A stretch of 63,327 nt of DNA. It comes from a virus. Its lineage: Duplodnaviria > Caudoviricetes. Positions 26,889 to 37,200 of the stretch are shown piece after piece. Made by a program: the position numbers and the translations under genes. The DNA is taken from IMG/VR virus record IMGVR_UViG_3300037311_000078, positions 1 to 63,327 of that record, one strand, 5' to 3'. Each line of letters starts with the position of its first letter. Position 1 is the stretch's first letter. The notes under the pieces are model-generated. The model searched no databases. It was not told the origin of the DNA and saw only the letters and a program-made list of their open reading frames with translations.

Positions 26889-27374
26889 ATGTCAACAAGC
26901 AACGGTAAAACAAACATCGGATACCCAAAGGCATTCGAGCTGCACGCCGCGATCAAACAAGAGATCGACAGGTTTGCAAAAGTACTCCCATCGTTCCCGG
27001 AGGAGTACGATATGACTAACCAGGTCAAAGGCTCCGAGTTGTTGGAGCGCGGTATCGGGGAGATTAAACAAAACGGCCTGATAAAACCTGTAGAGCTACA
27101 TGAAACGTACGAGCTGCCGGCAAAGGCTCTGCGAAACGTTAACCACGTGGCCAAGCTGCGCGCCTTCTGGCGAGCAAAAGGATTCCTCGGCATACATGAA
27201 TACATCTCCATGATCGGAGATTATATACAAGTTATGCAGGGCATGTATCCTGCCCTCTGGGAGAATGGCACGTATATTGGGGTAAAAGAAGGTACCCAGA
27301 TGATCCCTGATCCTGAATTCTTAAAAAAGGTGGACACGGCAAACAAAGTGGCCACCAAAGTTCAAATGCAATAA
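26889..27374 (+). CDS. hypothetical protein
   Basis: TACATTTG box at 26860-26867 upstream. Confidence 0.65.
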   Translation: MSTSNGKTNIGYPKAFELHAAIKQEIDRFAKVLPSFPEEYDMTNQVKGSELLERGIGEIKQNGLIKPVELHETYELPAKALRNVNHVAKLRAFWRAKGFLGIHEYISMIGDYIQVMQGMYPALWENGTYIGVKEGTQMIPDPEFLKKVDTANKVATKVQMQ

Positions 27375-27386
27375 AACACCGCTACC

Positions 27387-27932
27387 ATGGACAAGTTAAA
27401 ATCTATGATCGAGGACATGTTCCTCCATGCACAAACCCTTGAAGCTGGAAGCCCCGGCGTTCGCGCCGTAAAGCGCCATCTGCAACAAATGGCCGGTGAA
27501 CTCGGGTTCACTAACCTGGCACTCGAATTGCGCGGTAAGATCGCATCGGGTGAAGGCGCCGGGCGCACTGGCCGCTCTGCCCTCGTGCAGACAAATCGTG
27601 CATCAGGACGTTTCAATACCAAGCCACCAGAGCAACAGGTATTTGTAAACCCCACGACATCCTCCCCAAACAATGCGGAACCTGCGGGTATTGAGGAGGA
27701 TGATAACACCGCACATCAAGACGGCGCGTCAGAAATCTACGCTAAGATTGCCAAGATGACACCGTCGCAAATCGTATCGACCTACGGCGAAAGCGCTATC
27801 GTTGGCATGGTCAATAAGCTCGGCGGCAACATTGACGATACAAAGTCCGTGAATCAGAAAGCTGCGTATCTGAAAGCGCTAATCAAAGATTCCAGCACCG
27901 GCGCTGACGATAAAGAACCCATCGCTGAATGA
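27387..27932 (+). CDS. hypothetical protein
   Basis: operon ORF. Confidence 0.65.
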   Translation: MDKLKSMIEDMFLHAQTLEAGSPGVRAVKRHLQQMAGELGFTNLALELRGKIASGEGAGRTGRSALVQTNRASGRFNTKPPEQQVFVNPTTSSPNNAEPAGIEEDDNTAHQDGASEIYAKIAKMTPSQIVSTYGESAIVGMVNKLGGNIDDTKSVNQKAAYLKALIKDSSTGADDKEPIAE

Positions 27933-28747
27933 GGACGTATGAATTGACATGGGCGGTATTGACGTACGTTGACGGGAAAGAGCAGTTAAAGCACAAACAT
28001 GCTGACCTGCAATTCCCGTCAACTGCGGATGATATCACCATGCGCCAATGGACAGACTTCCAGGTTCGCAAAGCCAAAGGCCCGGCATTCATACTTGACC
28101 TCGAGCGCATGAGCGAATCAGCGCGTAAAGAGGCGATGGATAAATGGGAGGAAACCCATTGGGCTCAGTTCTTCGGTGAGATTGCCGAGACTATGGCCAC
28201 TGTGGTAAATGTGGAATCAGGTGATCTACTTAGATCATTACCTGCAATCGCAGACGGCCAGACGTCTTTACTGTCATTGTGGCTTGAACTGTCTACCATT
28301 ATCAACGGGTACTCCCCAAAGACGGGCAACACATTCGACTGGAAAAGCCATACATACATCTGGCCTCAGACGGTAGTTGATTCATTCGGAAACAATTGGT
28401 ATGGTCAGACACTTACAACCGCCCAGGCGATTGAAGCGCTCCAAACTGAGCACGTGTACAATGCAAAGGATGAGAATGGCAACTACGCGCTGGAAGATCG
28501 GAAGTATCACGTGGACATCACATTACTCGCAGTATTGTCCAGACGCGTAAAACAGAACGACGAGGTAGAGGAATTACCCCTTGACTTCGTAAAGCGCAGG
28601 GACTTCATTGAGAGAAGGGTGAAGGAGTTCGCTGACATTCCAATGACGGTCGCCCTCGACATGGCTTTTTTTTTGACCAGTTCAAAGATTGCATCGGCAC
28701 TCACCCGTATATCCAGTACGCTTTCCACACCTATGCCAACAACATAA
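27929..28747 (+). CDS. putative tail assembly chaperone (gpG-like)
   Basis: T9 slippery run at 28666-28674 near the 3' end. Confidence 0.6.
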   Translation: MRTYELTWAVLTYVDGKEQLKHKHADLQFPSTADDITMRQWTDFQVRKAKGPAFILDLERMSESARKEAMDKWEETHWAQFFGEIAETMATVVNVESGDLLRSLPAIADGQTSLLSLWLELSTIINGYSPKTGNTFDWKSHTYIWPQTVVDSFGNNWYGQTLTTAQAIEALQTEHVYNAKDENGNYALEDRKYHVDITLLAVLSRRVKQNDEVEELPLDFVKRRDFIERRVKEFADIPMTVALDMAFFLTSSKIASALTRISSTLSTPMPTT

Positions 28748-28953
28748 GCGAAGCAAAGATGCTCCGCGATGCTCACAATAAGTGGGGCGTGTGGGGTTGG
28801 TACATAGTTCTGGATACAATTGCTGAAGGTGACCGGTTTGGCCGTGCCGGAATGTCAAAGATGGAAGGCGCCCTATCATCCAACTTCTATGAAGCGATGA
28901 TCTGGGTTGGGAAACAGCGACACTTGTCACTCGAAAACAAACCAGAAAAATGA
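28675..28953 (+). CDS. -1 frameshift extension (gpT-like)
   Basis: -1 frame is open from the T-run through ORF 28759..28953. Confidence 0.6.
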   Translation, partial: DQFKDCIGTHPYIQYAFHTYANNISEAKMLRDAHNKWGVWGWYIVLDTIAEGDRFGRAGMSKMEGALSSNFYEAMIWVGKQRHLSLENKPEK

Positions 28954-29708
28954 CCGATCCAACCGAATTCTATTCCATAGCATACGCGATCACAAAAGCG
29001 TGGCCTGCAACATATCCAAGCGTAACATCTCCGGAGGCGATTGCCAAGCGGCCACAGTCGTTTGCTGTATTGCGCTCGCTGATGGACCTTGAGGCCGACA
29101 ATCTTGCAAAGGCAATAGAGCATACCAGGCCTCCGTATTTCTACATGAGAGGATACGATGCGAATGCGCAGCGAACTGGTGTAAAGATCGAATACCCTCT
29201 CATCGGGTGTGCTGAGGATACGTTCACTTTCTTCAAGCCTGTAGGTAGCCCGCAGAAACAGCGGCACAAGATCAATCTATTTGTGATAGACCAGCTACCA
29301 TACCGGGAGAATGCACACACCGACCAGTATTCCAGCGCCCGCGCCATCGAGGAGGTAGGTCGTGATCTACGTCAGATTATGCTTAAGTTCCTGAATGCCC
29401 TCAAAAGATGGGAGTATGTAGAATTCAGTTCAGGACCATACGCAGATGGATGGCACGATACCGCATGGTTAAAGGTGCATGGTGATGCAGCACAATGGGA
29501 GGTGTTGTACAGTCTTACCGATGTCATGGTAAATATGAACGAGGTCGGGGGTGATCTGATCTACCAGGGGAGCGACAACTTGGCCGTATTGATTACCAAT
29601 GTGTACATCGATACCGACTATTGCCCCCCTGAGATGGAGTTCAATTACGTGTATGATGAAGGCGGTGTTCTTGTGGCACCCGCTGAAAAATGGATGCTCG
29701 ACAAATGA
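28950..29708 (+). CDS. putative tail terminator / structural protein
   Basis: context only. Confidence 0.45.
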   Translation: MTDPTEFYSIAYAITKAWPATYPSVTSPEAIAKRPQSFAVLRSLMDLEADNLAKAIEHTRPPYFYMRGYDANAQRTGVKIEYPLIGCAEDTFTFFKPVGSPQKQRHKINLFVIDQLPYRENAHTDQYSSARAIEEVGRDLRQIMLKFLNALKRWEYVEFSSGPYADGWHDTAWLKVHGDAAQWEVLYSLTDVMVNMNEVGGDLIYQGSDNLAVLITNVYIDTDYCPPEMEFNYVYDEGGVLVAPAEKWMLDK

Positions 29709-30097
29709 AGTGTCCTTTTTCAAACGTCAGTTCAGTGTTCAAACTTGCGGATATGCCTCAAGGATGGAACACCCAGGAGAATGGAGACACCACATGTTCA
29801 TTCTGTGGATCCTGGCATCCAAAAGAGTTCCTTGCCTTTCTTGGCGAGGTTGTCACCAACGAGGACTTTAATATCAGAATTGAACTGAATGACAGTCGGG
29901 ATAAAATATACATTCAGCGTCCTACCGTAAAGTGTGCAGGTCAGGGAGCGATTAAAGTATACCTGGTGCATGTAAAGCAGTACATAGAAGAAAAAGGCCT
30001 TAGTATGGAAAAGGCCGACGAGAAACTACACAAGGCGTTTTTGGTTTCAAAGGCGAAATTTGCCCGATATATGGAACATGTAAAAAACAAGCCATGA
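29705..30097 (+). CDS. hypothetical protein (CSFCGS motif)
   Basis: ATGA-coupled at both ends. Confidence 0.55.
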   Translation: MKCPFSNVSSVFKLADMPQGWNTQENGDTTCSFCGSWHPKEFLAFLGEVVTNEDFNIRIELNDSRDKIYIQRPTVKCAGQGAIKVYLVHVKQYIEEKGLSMEKADEKLHKAFLVSKAKFARYMEHVKNKP

Positions 30098-30672
30098 CCT
30101 TAGAGCAGACACGGAAGGTATACATGGAGCGGTACAACGAATTTGCCGTTGAACTGGCCATGCAGTTTATCGACGAACTGAAAGACCAAGGCCATAAGGC
30201 TACAGGTCGCCTGATCGCGTCTGTTGTCGCAAAAGTATCGTCGGCACTGGACGAGATAGACCTCGCATTGTCGCACCTGGACTACGGCATAATTGTGAAC
30301 ACTGGAGTTGCCGCCAACCGGGTACCATACTCGCGTGGTAGCGGCGCAAAGACATCTAAGTTCATCGACGCGTTGATCGCATGGGTAAGGCTGAAAGGCA
30401 TAGCCGGTGGGTTGGATAAAAAGGTTCGCTCGGTGGCGTTCGCGATTGCCACGGCAATGAAACGGGATGGCGTACCGACAAAAGGAAGTTACAAGTTTAC
30501 CAACAATGGACGGCGTACAATGTGGATAGATTACGTGTACAACACATACAATGTGAAGTGGCAAGATCGAATTGAGATCATAAGCCAGGACTACATTGAA
30601 GATGCCTTTGACGCGATGCTTCAAAAAACCGTGAGCAAATACCCTGGATACCTTGAATATTCTAAAAGCTGA
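30094..30672 (+). CDS. tail completion protein (HK97 gp10-like)
   Basis: ATGRL..S, LIAWV..KG, AFAIA..M..DG. Confidence 0.6.
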   Translation: MTLEQTRKVYMERYNEFAVELAMQFIDELKDQGHKATGRLIASVVAKVSSALDEIDLALSHLDYGIIVNTGVAANRVPYSRGSGAKTSKFIDALIAWVRLKGIAGGLDKKVRSVAFAIATAMKRDGVPTKGSYKFTNNGRRTMWIDYVYNTYNVKWQDRIEIISQDYIEDAFDAMLQKTVSKYPGYLEYSKS

Positions 30673-30675
30673 CCC

Positions 30676-31920
30676 ATGGCAATTGTCATAAACACCGCGC
30701 CGGATGGTGGCGCCTTATACGCTGCGTATGTCTCTCAGTTCTTCGAGGTTCAGGATACGGTACCTACCGGCCAGACTCCTGCGGCATTGCAGGTGACTGT
30801 AAAGAACAACGGCGTTGCTGTGGAGACGCTGTACTACCCAGCCATCGAGGTTGTCACCGGCTCTCCAAACGACACTTGCATATTCAGGTTGGATATTCAG
30901 GAGATCGCACAGCGATTATTCTCGCCGGTTTCTTTGCTGCCTGGTGTACTTGGTGGATCACACAATCAGACGTTCAACGACGAGGTGTTATTCCTGTCGT
31001 GTGACTTCCAGACATGGCTCCCGGATGCAAATAACCTTCTTGTTTTGGGTGAAGCTGTTGAGTCATCCGTTGCATATCGTTGTGTGAACGCGGTTATGTA
31101 TATGGATGAGGAGCCTCAGATGGGGCCTTACTACTACGCCATCGAACGTAAGTGGCTCACGAACAAGCCGCTCAACGGTTGGACTGACGAGCGTAGCAAC
31201 GAGTTCCTATATGTATACAATCCTGACAGCACCGATTGGTATTGGATATTTGAGTTCAGGGACGCGGCCGGCACGTTGAAGTCAAAGCTCCGCGCAGACA
31301 ATTCAAACCAGGACAACCGGATAATGTCAAAGGGAGTTGGCGGAGCGAACGTGATTGCCACGTCATGGGATTCAATCATATTCAGCGATGGCGACCCGAA
31401 CGGGAATGGCATTGTGCCAGGGGTGGCATATTATGAAGTATATGGATCCTCCAGCACCACCGGCGCGACTCCGATAACTGAGGTCCGCAGGTACTATATT
31501 GCAGATGAACGATGCGTAAAGTATCGGGTTCACTTCCTGAATAAACTGGGTGCCTGGGATTACTTCCCAATATTGAGCGAGCCCAATGACGTTGTGTCAA
31601 TGCAGAATGACCCGTATGAAACCACCATGCCGGAAATGTTCAGCGAGGGCGCTACCAGGGCGCACGTCCGCAATCGCGGTCAGGTACGCGCCGACGATGG
31701 CATAGAGGTTGAAGTGGCAGGGTTCAGCCCAAAGCAGGCGGCGTGGCTTCAAGAGCTTGCTGTAAGCCCGAAGGCATTCATTGAGAAAACTCCGAGGGAC
31801 AACCCGACCCAGTACAGGTTATTCCCCATTGTAATCAGGAACACAAAGTTCAACCGGTCAGATCGGACATTCACCTTTGATGCCATATACAGCCGCGAAA
31901 TAATTAGCCAGCGCTCATGA
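30676..31920 (+). CDS. tail structural protein (distal-tail-like)
   Basis: FLNKLGAWDYF and WLQEL..SP motifs; position. Confidence 0.6.
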   Translation: MAIVINTAPDGGALYAAYVSQFFEVQDTVPTGQTPAALQVTVKNNGVAVETLYYPAIEVVTGSPNDTCIFRLDIQEIAQRLFSPVSLLPGVLGGSHNQTFNDEVLFLSCDFQTWLPDANNLLVLGEAVESSVAYRCVNAVMYMDEEPQMGPYYYAIERKWLTNKPLNGWTDERSNEFLYVYNPDSTDWYWIFEFRDAAGTLKSKLRADNSNQDNRIMSKGVGGANVIATSWDSIIFSDGDPNGNGIVPGVAYYEVYGSSSTTGATPITEVRRYYIADERCVKYRVHFLNKLGAWDYFPILSEPNDVVSMQNDPYETTMPEMFSEGATRAHVRNRGQVRADDGIEVEVAGFSPKQAAWLQELAVSPKAFIEKTPRDNPTQYRLFPIVIRNTKFNRSDRTFTFDAIYSREIISQRS

Positions 31921-34217
31921 GGACAATTGAAATCAGAATCAACGGCCAGCAGATTGATTATTCAGAGGCCAAGTCTATACCGCTATCCCTCCGGAAGCGG
32001 ACAGATAAGTTTTTGGAAATAGTTGGCGCTGATGGTTCTGAGGTTGATAATGTGTTGCGGTCGCTGGCTGTACCAGATACAGTAAGGAATCAGGAGGTAC
32101 TTATGACCTTGATGGCTCAAAGCTCGCTTGGTCGTGGATCCACGCGCGTATCTGTTCAGGTTATCATCAACGGCATAATGCTGTTTTCAGGCCCAGGTAT
32201 CCTTAGCAAAACGTCAAAGCGTAGCCTGGCTGGAATATCATTTGCCATCGAACTATTGGGTGATGGCATTTCGCTTTGGGAAAAGCTGGATAAGGTACGC
32301 CTTACCGACCTTGACCTTGGACAACTCACGTGGACGTTTGGTGAGGTTCTGGCAAACTGGAATGACGTGACGTTTGAGAACTACCCTGCTTACTGGTGCC
32401 CGGTGGTTTATGGGAACCTGAAAGGTGATGGACGTTGGTGGATAAAGGAGTTCAGGCCATCGGTCCCATATTGGCGAATTGTGAAGGCTATGTTTGAGGC
32501 CGAGGGGTATACCATAGAATCTGAATTTTACGAATCGCCATTCTTCCGGCGCCACGCTTACCTGTTCGGGGTTGGTGACAAATGGAAGATCGTTGATGAC
32601 AACTTGGGTGATTACCGATTCCGTGGTAAGTGGGAAAAGTCGGTCGTATGGGCTGCTGTTGGATTTCCCCCGATCGGTGGTGTGACCATAGTGGTCGAGC
32701 AAAACGATGACCCGGAAGGTATGTTCATATCTAACGGTGAACCGCAACTTCTTGTCGATCCGCCATTCTGGGTAAACAACGAGTATGAGCAATATTATGA
32801 GATAAAGCGAACCGGCATATATAGGTTCAAAATAACCATAAATACCGTGGATGCTGCAACCATGCAGTTTTTTCTTATTCGCGGGGTAGATACAATCGCA
32901 AATATTTTCTATCCAATTGGAGTATCAGACGATGATGGACCCGGTGTGACTGTTGAGTTCGACTACATGTGTGAGATTGGAGATAAGGTATATCTTATCG
33001 CAATTGGTTCACAGGCATGGGGCGGTGGGTTTCTCGCTGAATTCAGGTTTGCGAAAGTTTACATACGACTACTGAACATCCCATACCTTGGCGCTGACAT
33101 TGACATAGCCAGCTGCTTGCACGATAACCCGGTAAAGGACTTCCTACGTGGTATGTCTCACCAGTTCAACTTAGCCTGGGCGATTGATGATGTGACGCGT
33201 CGCGTATTCTTTGAGCCACGCTTCGACTACAACCTGATTGAAGAAGGGGAAGTGGTAAGGTACCGTGGATTCTACAGGCGTGACTTCCCTTTGCATGTGG
33301 GTGAAATTGATGCCGCTGAGGTAAGCATGGAATATGTGTCACCATTTGGCGATGGCCTTAAAATGGGATACAAGGCCAACAACAGCGATCCAATGGAAAA
33401 GGCAACCCTGAACGATCTTCGCCGCCAAGACGTGAAGCTGCCACCGTACTATGCAGATATTGATCTGCATGACCGGGGCGTTGCTGGCACTACTTCGCTG
33501 AACCCATACTTCACTACGCTGTACCAATCGCAGCCAAGTGATATCAGGATGCGCATCGCCGCATATCTCCCTACCGTTCTGCCATCGGCATACAAGCGGG
33601 GTAACCGATTGCCTGGTATGGTTTGGATGGATTTGGATGTAGAGAAAACAGAGGACCCGCCAACTTTCGAAAGTGAGCCAAAGTGTGGCATCATGTTTCC
33701 GAATGTGCTGTCTTTCTCGTTTTACTACACCGAGGAAGCGGATGTGCTATACTACTCACCCGGGGCGTTGGCACCGTGGATAACGCAGCAAAAGTGGATT
33801 GACATAGGTGGCCTTGATGCCCTGTCTACCAACGACAATGCGCCATGTTACGCAGACCTTCAATCCCTTGATACAACTCCGAGGCGCATGTACGGCCTGG
33901 TGTCTACATTTTACCCGAATTATGTCTCTGTGATCAAGGAGGGGCAGGTGCTTACCGGAAGGGTATCAATGCCGCTGCCAACAATCGCATCCTTGTCCTT
34001 CCGGCGCTTATGGAGACTACCATACGACCTGAACGAATCAGTGTGGATACTGCTCGAACTTACCGGCTACAAAGCGCTGGTTAGCGATACAAGCGTAGGG
34101 TCGTTCATTAAGTATGTACCACCAACAAAATCAGACTTTGACGCCATAGACCACGACGATCCTGGTACTACACCGGTAGTTCCAGACATTGCACCTGAAA
34201 CTGATCAACCTGAATAA
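31917..34217 (+). CDS. tail hub / baseplate-like protein
   Basis: 766 aa next to the tape measure; PVVYG, DFLRG...FNL. Confidence 0.6.
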   Translation: MRTIEIRINGQQIDYSEAKSIPLSLRKRTDKFLEIVGADGSEVDNVLRSLAVPDTVRNQEVLMTLMAQSSLGRGSTRVSVQVIINGIMLFSGPGILSKTSKRSLAGISFAIELLGDGISLWEKLDKVRLTDLDLGQLTWTFGEVLANWNDVTFENYPAYWCPVVYGNLKGDGRWWIKEFRPSVPYWRIVKAMFEAEGYTIESEFYESPFFRRHAYLFGVGDKWKIVDDNLGDYRFRGKWEKSVVWAAVGFPPIGGVTIVVEQNDDPEGMFISNGEPQLLVDPPFWVNNEYEQYYEIKRTGIYRFKITINTVDAATMQFFLIRGVDTIANIFYPIGVSDDDGPGVTVEFDYMCEIGDKVYLIAIGSQAWGGGFLAEFRFAKVYIRLLNIPYLGADIDIASCLHDNPVKDFLRGMSHQFNLAWAIDDVTRRVFFEPRFDYNLIEEGEVVRYRGFYRRDFPLHVGEIDAAEVSMEYVSPFGDGLKMGYKANNSDPMEKATLNDLRRQDVKLPPYYADIDLHDRGVAGTTSLNPYFTTLYQSQPSDIRMRIAAYLPTVLPSAYKRGNRLPGMVWMDLDVEKTEDPPTFESEPKCGIMFPNVLSFSFYYTEEADVLYYSPGALAPWITQQKWIDIGGLDALSTNDNAPCYADLQSLDTTPRRMYGLVSTFYPNYVSVIKEGQVLTGRVSMPLPTIASLSFRRLWRLPYDLNESVWILLELTGYKALVSDTSVGSFIKYVPPTKSDFDAIDHDDPGTTPVVPDIAPETDQPE

Positions 34218-37200
34218 TGGGACAAGAACGCGTAATATCCATGCGCCTTAAGCTGAAAGGCGAACAGGCGGTAATTGATAGCCTCCAGGAGGTGAATGAA
34301 ACCCTGTCCAAATCAGGATCGTTCCTAAAAGACATCGACACCAAGTCGCGGGCGCTGGACAATATGACCAAGCGGTTGCAGGCTATGGCCAAGGAACTGG
34401 AATCAGTCAACCGTAGGCTTGATGCTGCTCGTAGCGGTACTGGATCGGGTAACGCCGCAAATCTTGAGACCCAGCAAAAGAAGCTGACCGCCGAAATAAA
34501 GAACACGACTGCGGCAACGGTGAATCTTCGAAAGGAGCTTGCCGGTGTACAGCAGGGTTCACAGGCATACACCGACCTGGTGCGTAAGATCGCACAGACC
34601 AAGGTTGAGCAAAAGTTGCTAAATGATCAGATCAGAGAGCAGCAGCGCGAGTTCGAGCGCACAAAGGTGGCCGCAGGATCATACCGCGACCTTGACCTTG
34701 TCCTGCAGGGGCTAAGGGCCAAATACAAACTGCTTGGTGAAGCCCAGCGCGAAAGCGCCCAGGGCAAAGAGTTGCTCACTCAAATTGGAACGCTGGATGC
34801 AAAGCTCAAAGAGCTTGATAAAGGCATCGGGGTATACACCCGTAATGTCGGCAACTATGCCAGCGCGTTTGATGGGTTTGTTGGGGTGGCTACAAGACTG
34901 GGCGCTGTCCTGGGCGTTACCCTGGGTGCCACTACGTTCATCGAAGCAAACGATAAAGTTTCCGATTCAGTAGCCGACGTCGCAAAGACAGCAAACATCA
35001 GCATCGAAGCTGTCCGTAAGTTCCAGGAGGAACTTAAAGGCCGTGATACCAGGACAACACTCGTTGATCAACTGGGTATTGCAGAGATCGGCGGCCAGCT
35101 GGGCGTTGTTGAAGATCAGCTTCTTGACTTCACTAAAGCCACTGACATTGTGACGGTGGCGCTAAAGGATGAATTTGGCGGAAGTGTGCAGGAGGTTACC
35201 AAGCAGGTGGCCACTCTGCGCAATGTGATACCAGGGCTTAAAACAGATGACGTCGGGGCCGACATCTTGAAGATCGGAAACGCCCTCAACTTCTTGTCGG
35301 CTGAGGGGAATGCAACCTCGCCGGTGATCGCAGACTTTGTGAACAGATTGTCCGGTGTTGCTGGGCCTCTGAATATTTCGGCTGCATCAGTGTTTGGCCT
35401 GGCCACTACACTCGATGAGCTTGGTATAAGTGCAGAGCGAGGATCCACGGCTGCGCAAAATGCGCTGTTTGGGATTGCCGCCGCGCCGCAGAAATTCGCA
35501 GCCCTTGCAGGCAAAAGCGTGAAGGAGTTCACCGCATTGGTAGAACAAGACCTGGTTAAAGCACTTGGGCTTGTATCGAAGGGCGCCCAAGAGAGTACCG
35601 AAAAGAATACGGAGTTCGTAAAGCTACTCGACGAGCTGGGCATATCCGGCGTTCGTGAAATTGAAACATTCGGTAAGCTTGGTGGCGCGTATGAAACGCT
35701 GACCAAAAGGATTGACCAAGCCGGTAAGGCGTTGGAGGAAACGGCAAGCGTTACCCAGGAGTTCGAGAAAAAGAACAACACATTCGCCGCGTCAATAGAT
35801 AAGCTACAAAACTCCATAATCAACCTGACTGTAAACACAGACTTTCAGGACTTCCTTTCAACCGGAATCAACCTGGTTGCAGATTTTGTGAATGGGCTTG
35901 CTTTACTGCCTAAAATCATCAAGGAGAATCAGACCGAGCTTGCTGCGCTGACGCTGGCCATACTGGCATTCAACCGTGAACAGGTTATTGCCACTATTGG
36001 AACGATCAAGCAATCAGCGGCATACCTTCTTCTTACCGATGCAACTCGCCGTCAGGCCGTGGCCCAGGGTATCATGAATTCGGTGATGAAGGCGCTGCCA
36101 TTGCTGGCCGTCATTGGGGTGGTATATGCTGCGGTAAAAGCATACCAAGCGCTCACCGCTACAACAGATGCCGCCGCACTGGCAGCGAAGAAAGTGAGCG
36201 CTGCTCAAAAGGAGATTGCAGATGAGACGGGTAAGGAAGCCGGTGCTTTGGCTCGCAATATCGAGATATTGAAAAGCGCGGCTTCTTCTACCCAGGACAG
36301 GGCGAATGCAATCAATGCACTCAGGGAGGCATACCCTGAATACCTGGAAGGGATGGACCTCGAAAAGGCGTCGGTAGAACAACTTACGAACCTGCAAACA
36401 AGGCTGACAGACGAGATAATCAGGTCGGCAGCGGAGCGTAGGAAGTCAGCCGCACAGGACGAGGTAGTATCCAGGATCATTGAGAAACAATTGCGTATAT
36501 CAGCTATACAGCGTGGCGGGCAAGGAGAGGTCTCATTGTCTGAGCAGGTAAGGCTTGGAAATGGAGGAACGGATATAAAAGCAAATGTAGCGCAAGTCGT
36601 TACAGGCTTACAGGCTGAACTACAGACTCTTCAAAAAGAGTTTCAAGAGACCGGTAGACAGTTTGACGAAGCCTTTGGCCTGCGTAAGACTGGTACAGAG
36701 AATATAGCAGCGAGCGCCGGGTCCGATATCATCAATGAGCGCAAGGTTGTAAACAAACAATTGAGCGACCTCGACAAACAGCGAACAGACGAGGAGAAAA
36801 AGCGCATCGAGGAGTTGGCAAAGAAGCGTCTGGAGGATGAGCGCCGTGCGGCTGAAAACATATTCAAGCTCCAACAGGAGCTGATCGCCAAGACGTTTGA
36901 GGGCCGGAAACAATTGGCAAGGAACGAGACAGGTAGCGCCATATCTGCTTTGGTTGGAACGCCACAACAAATCGAAGCGCAGAAAAAACTTCTTGAACAA
37001 AAGCTTGCCCAGACAATAGACGAGATCGAGAAGGAGCGTAAGGCTGCGGAGGATCGCGCACTGGCAGATATCGAAGCGTTTAAACTGGAAGCTGCACGCC
37101 GAGCGGCAGAAAGCTCTGTTGGCTCTATAGGAAACCAACGAGAGGCCGTCCGTAATGTCGGTGCCATTGATGAGTTCAAGGCAAAATCAGACACCACGGC

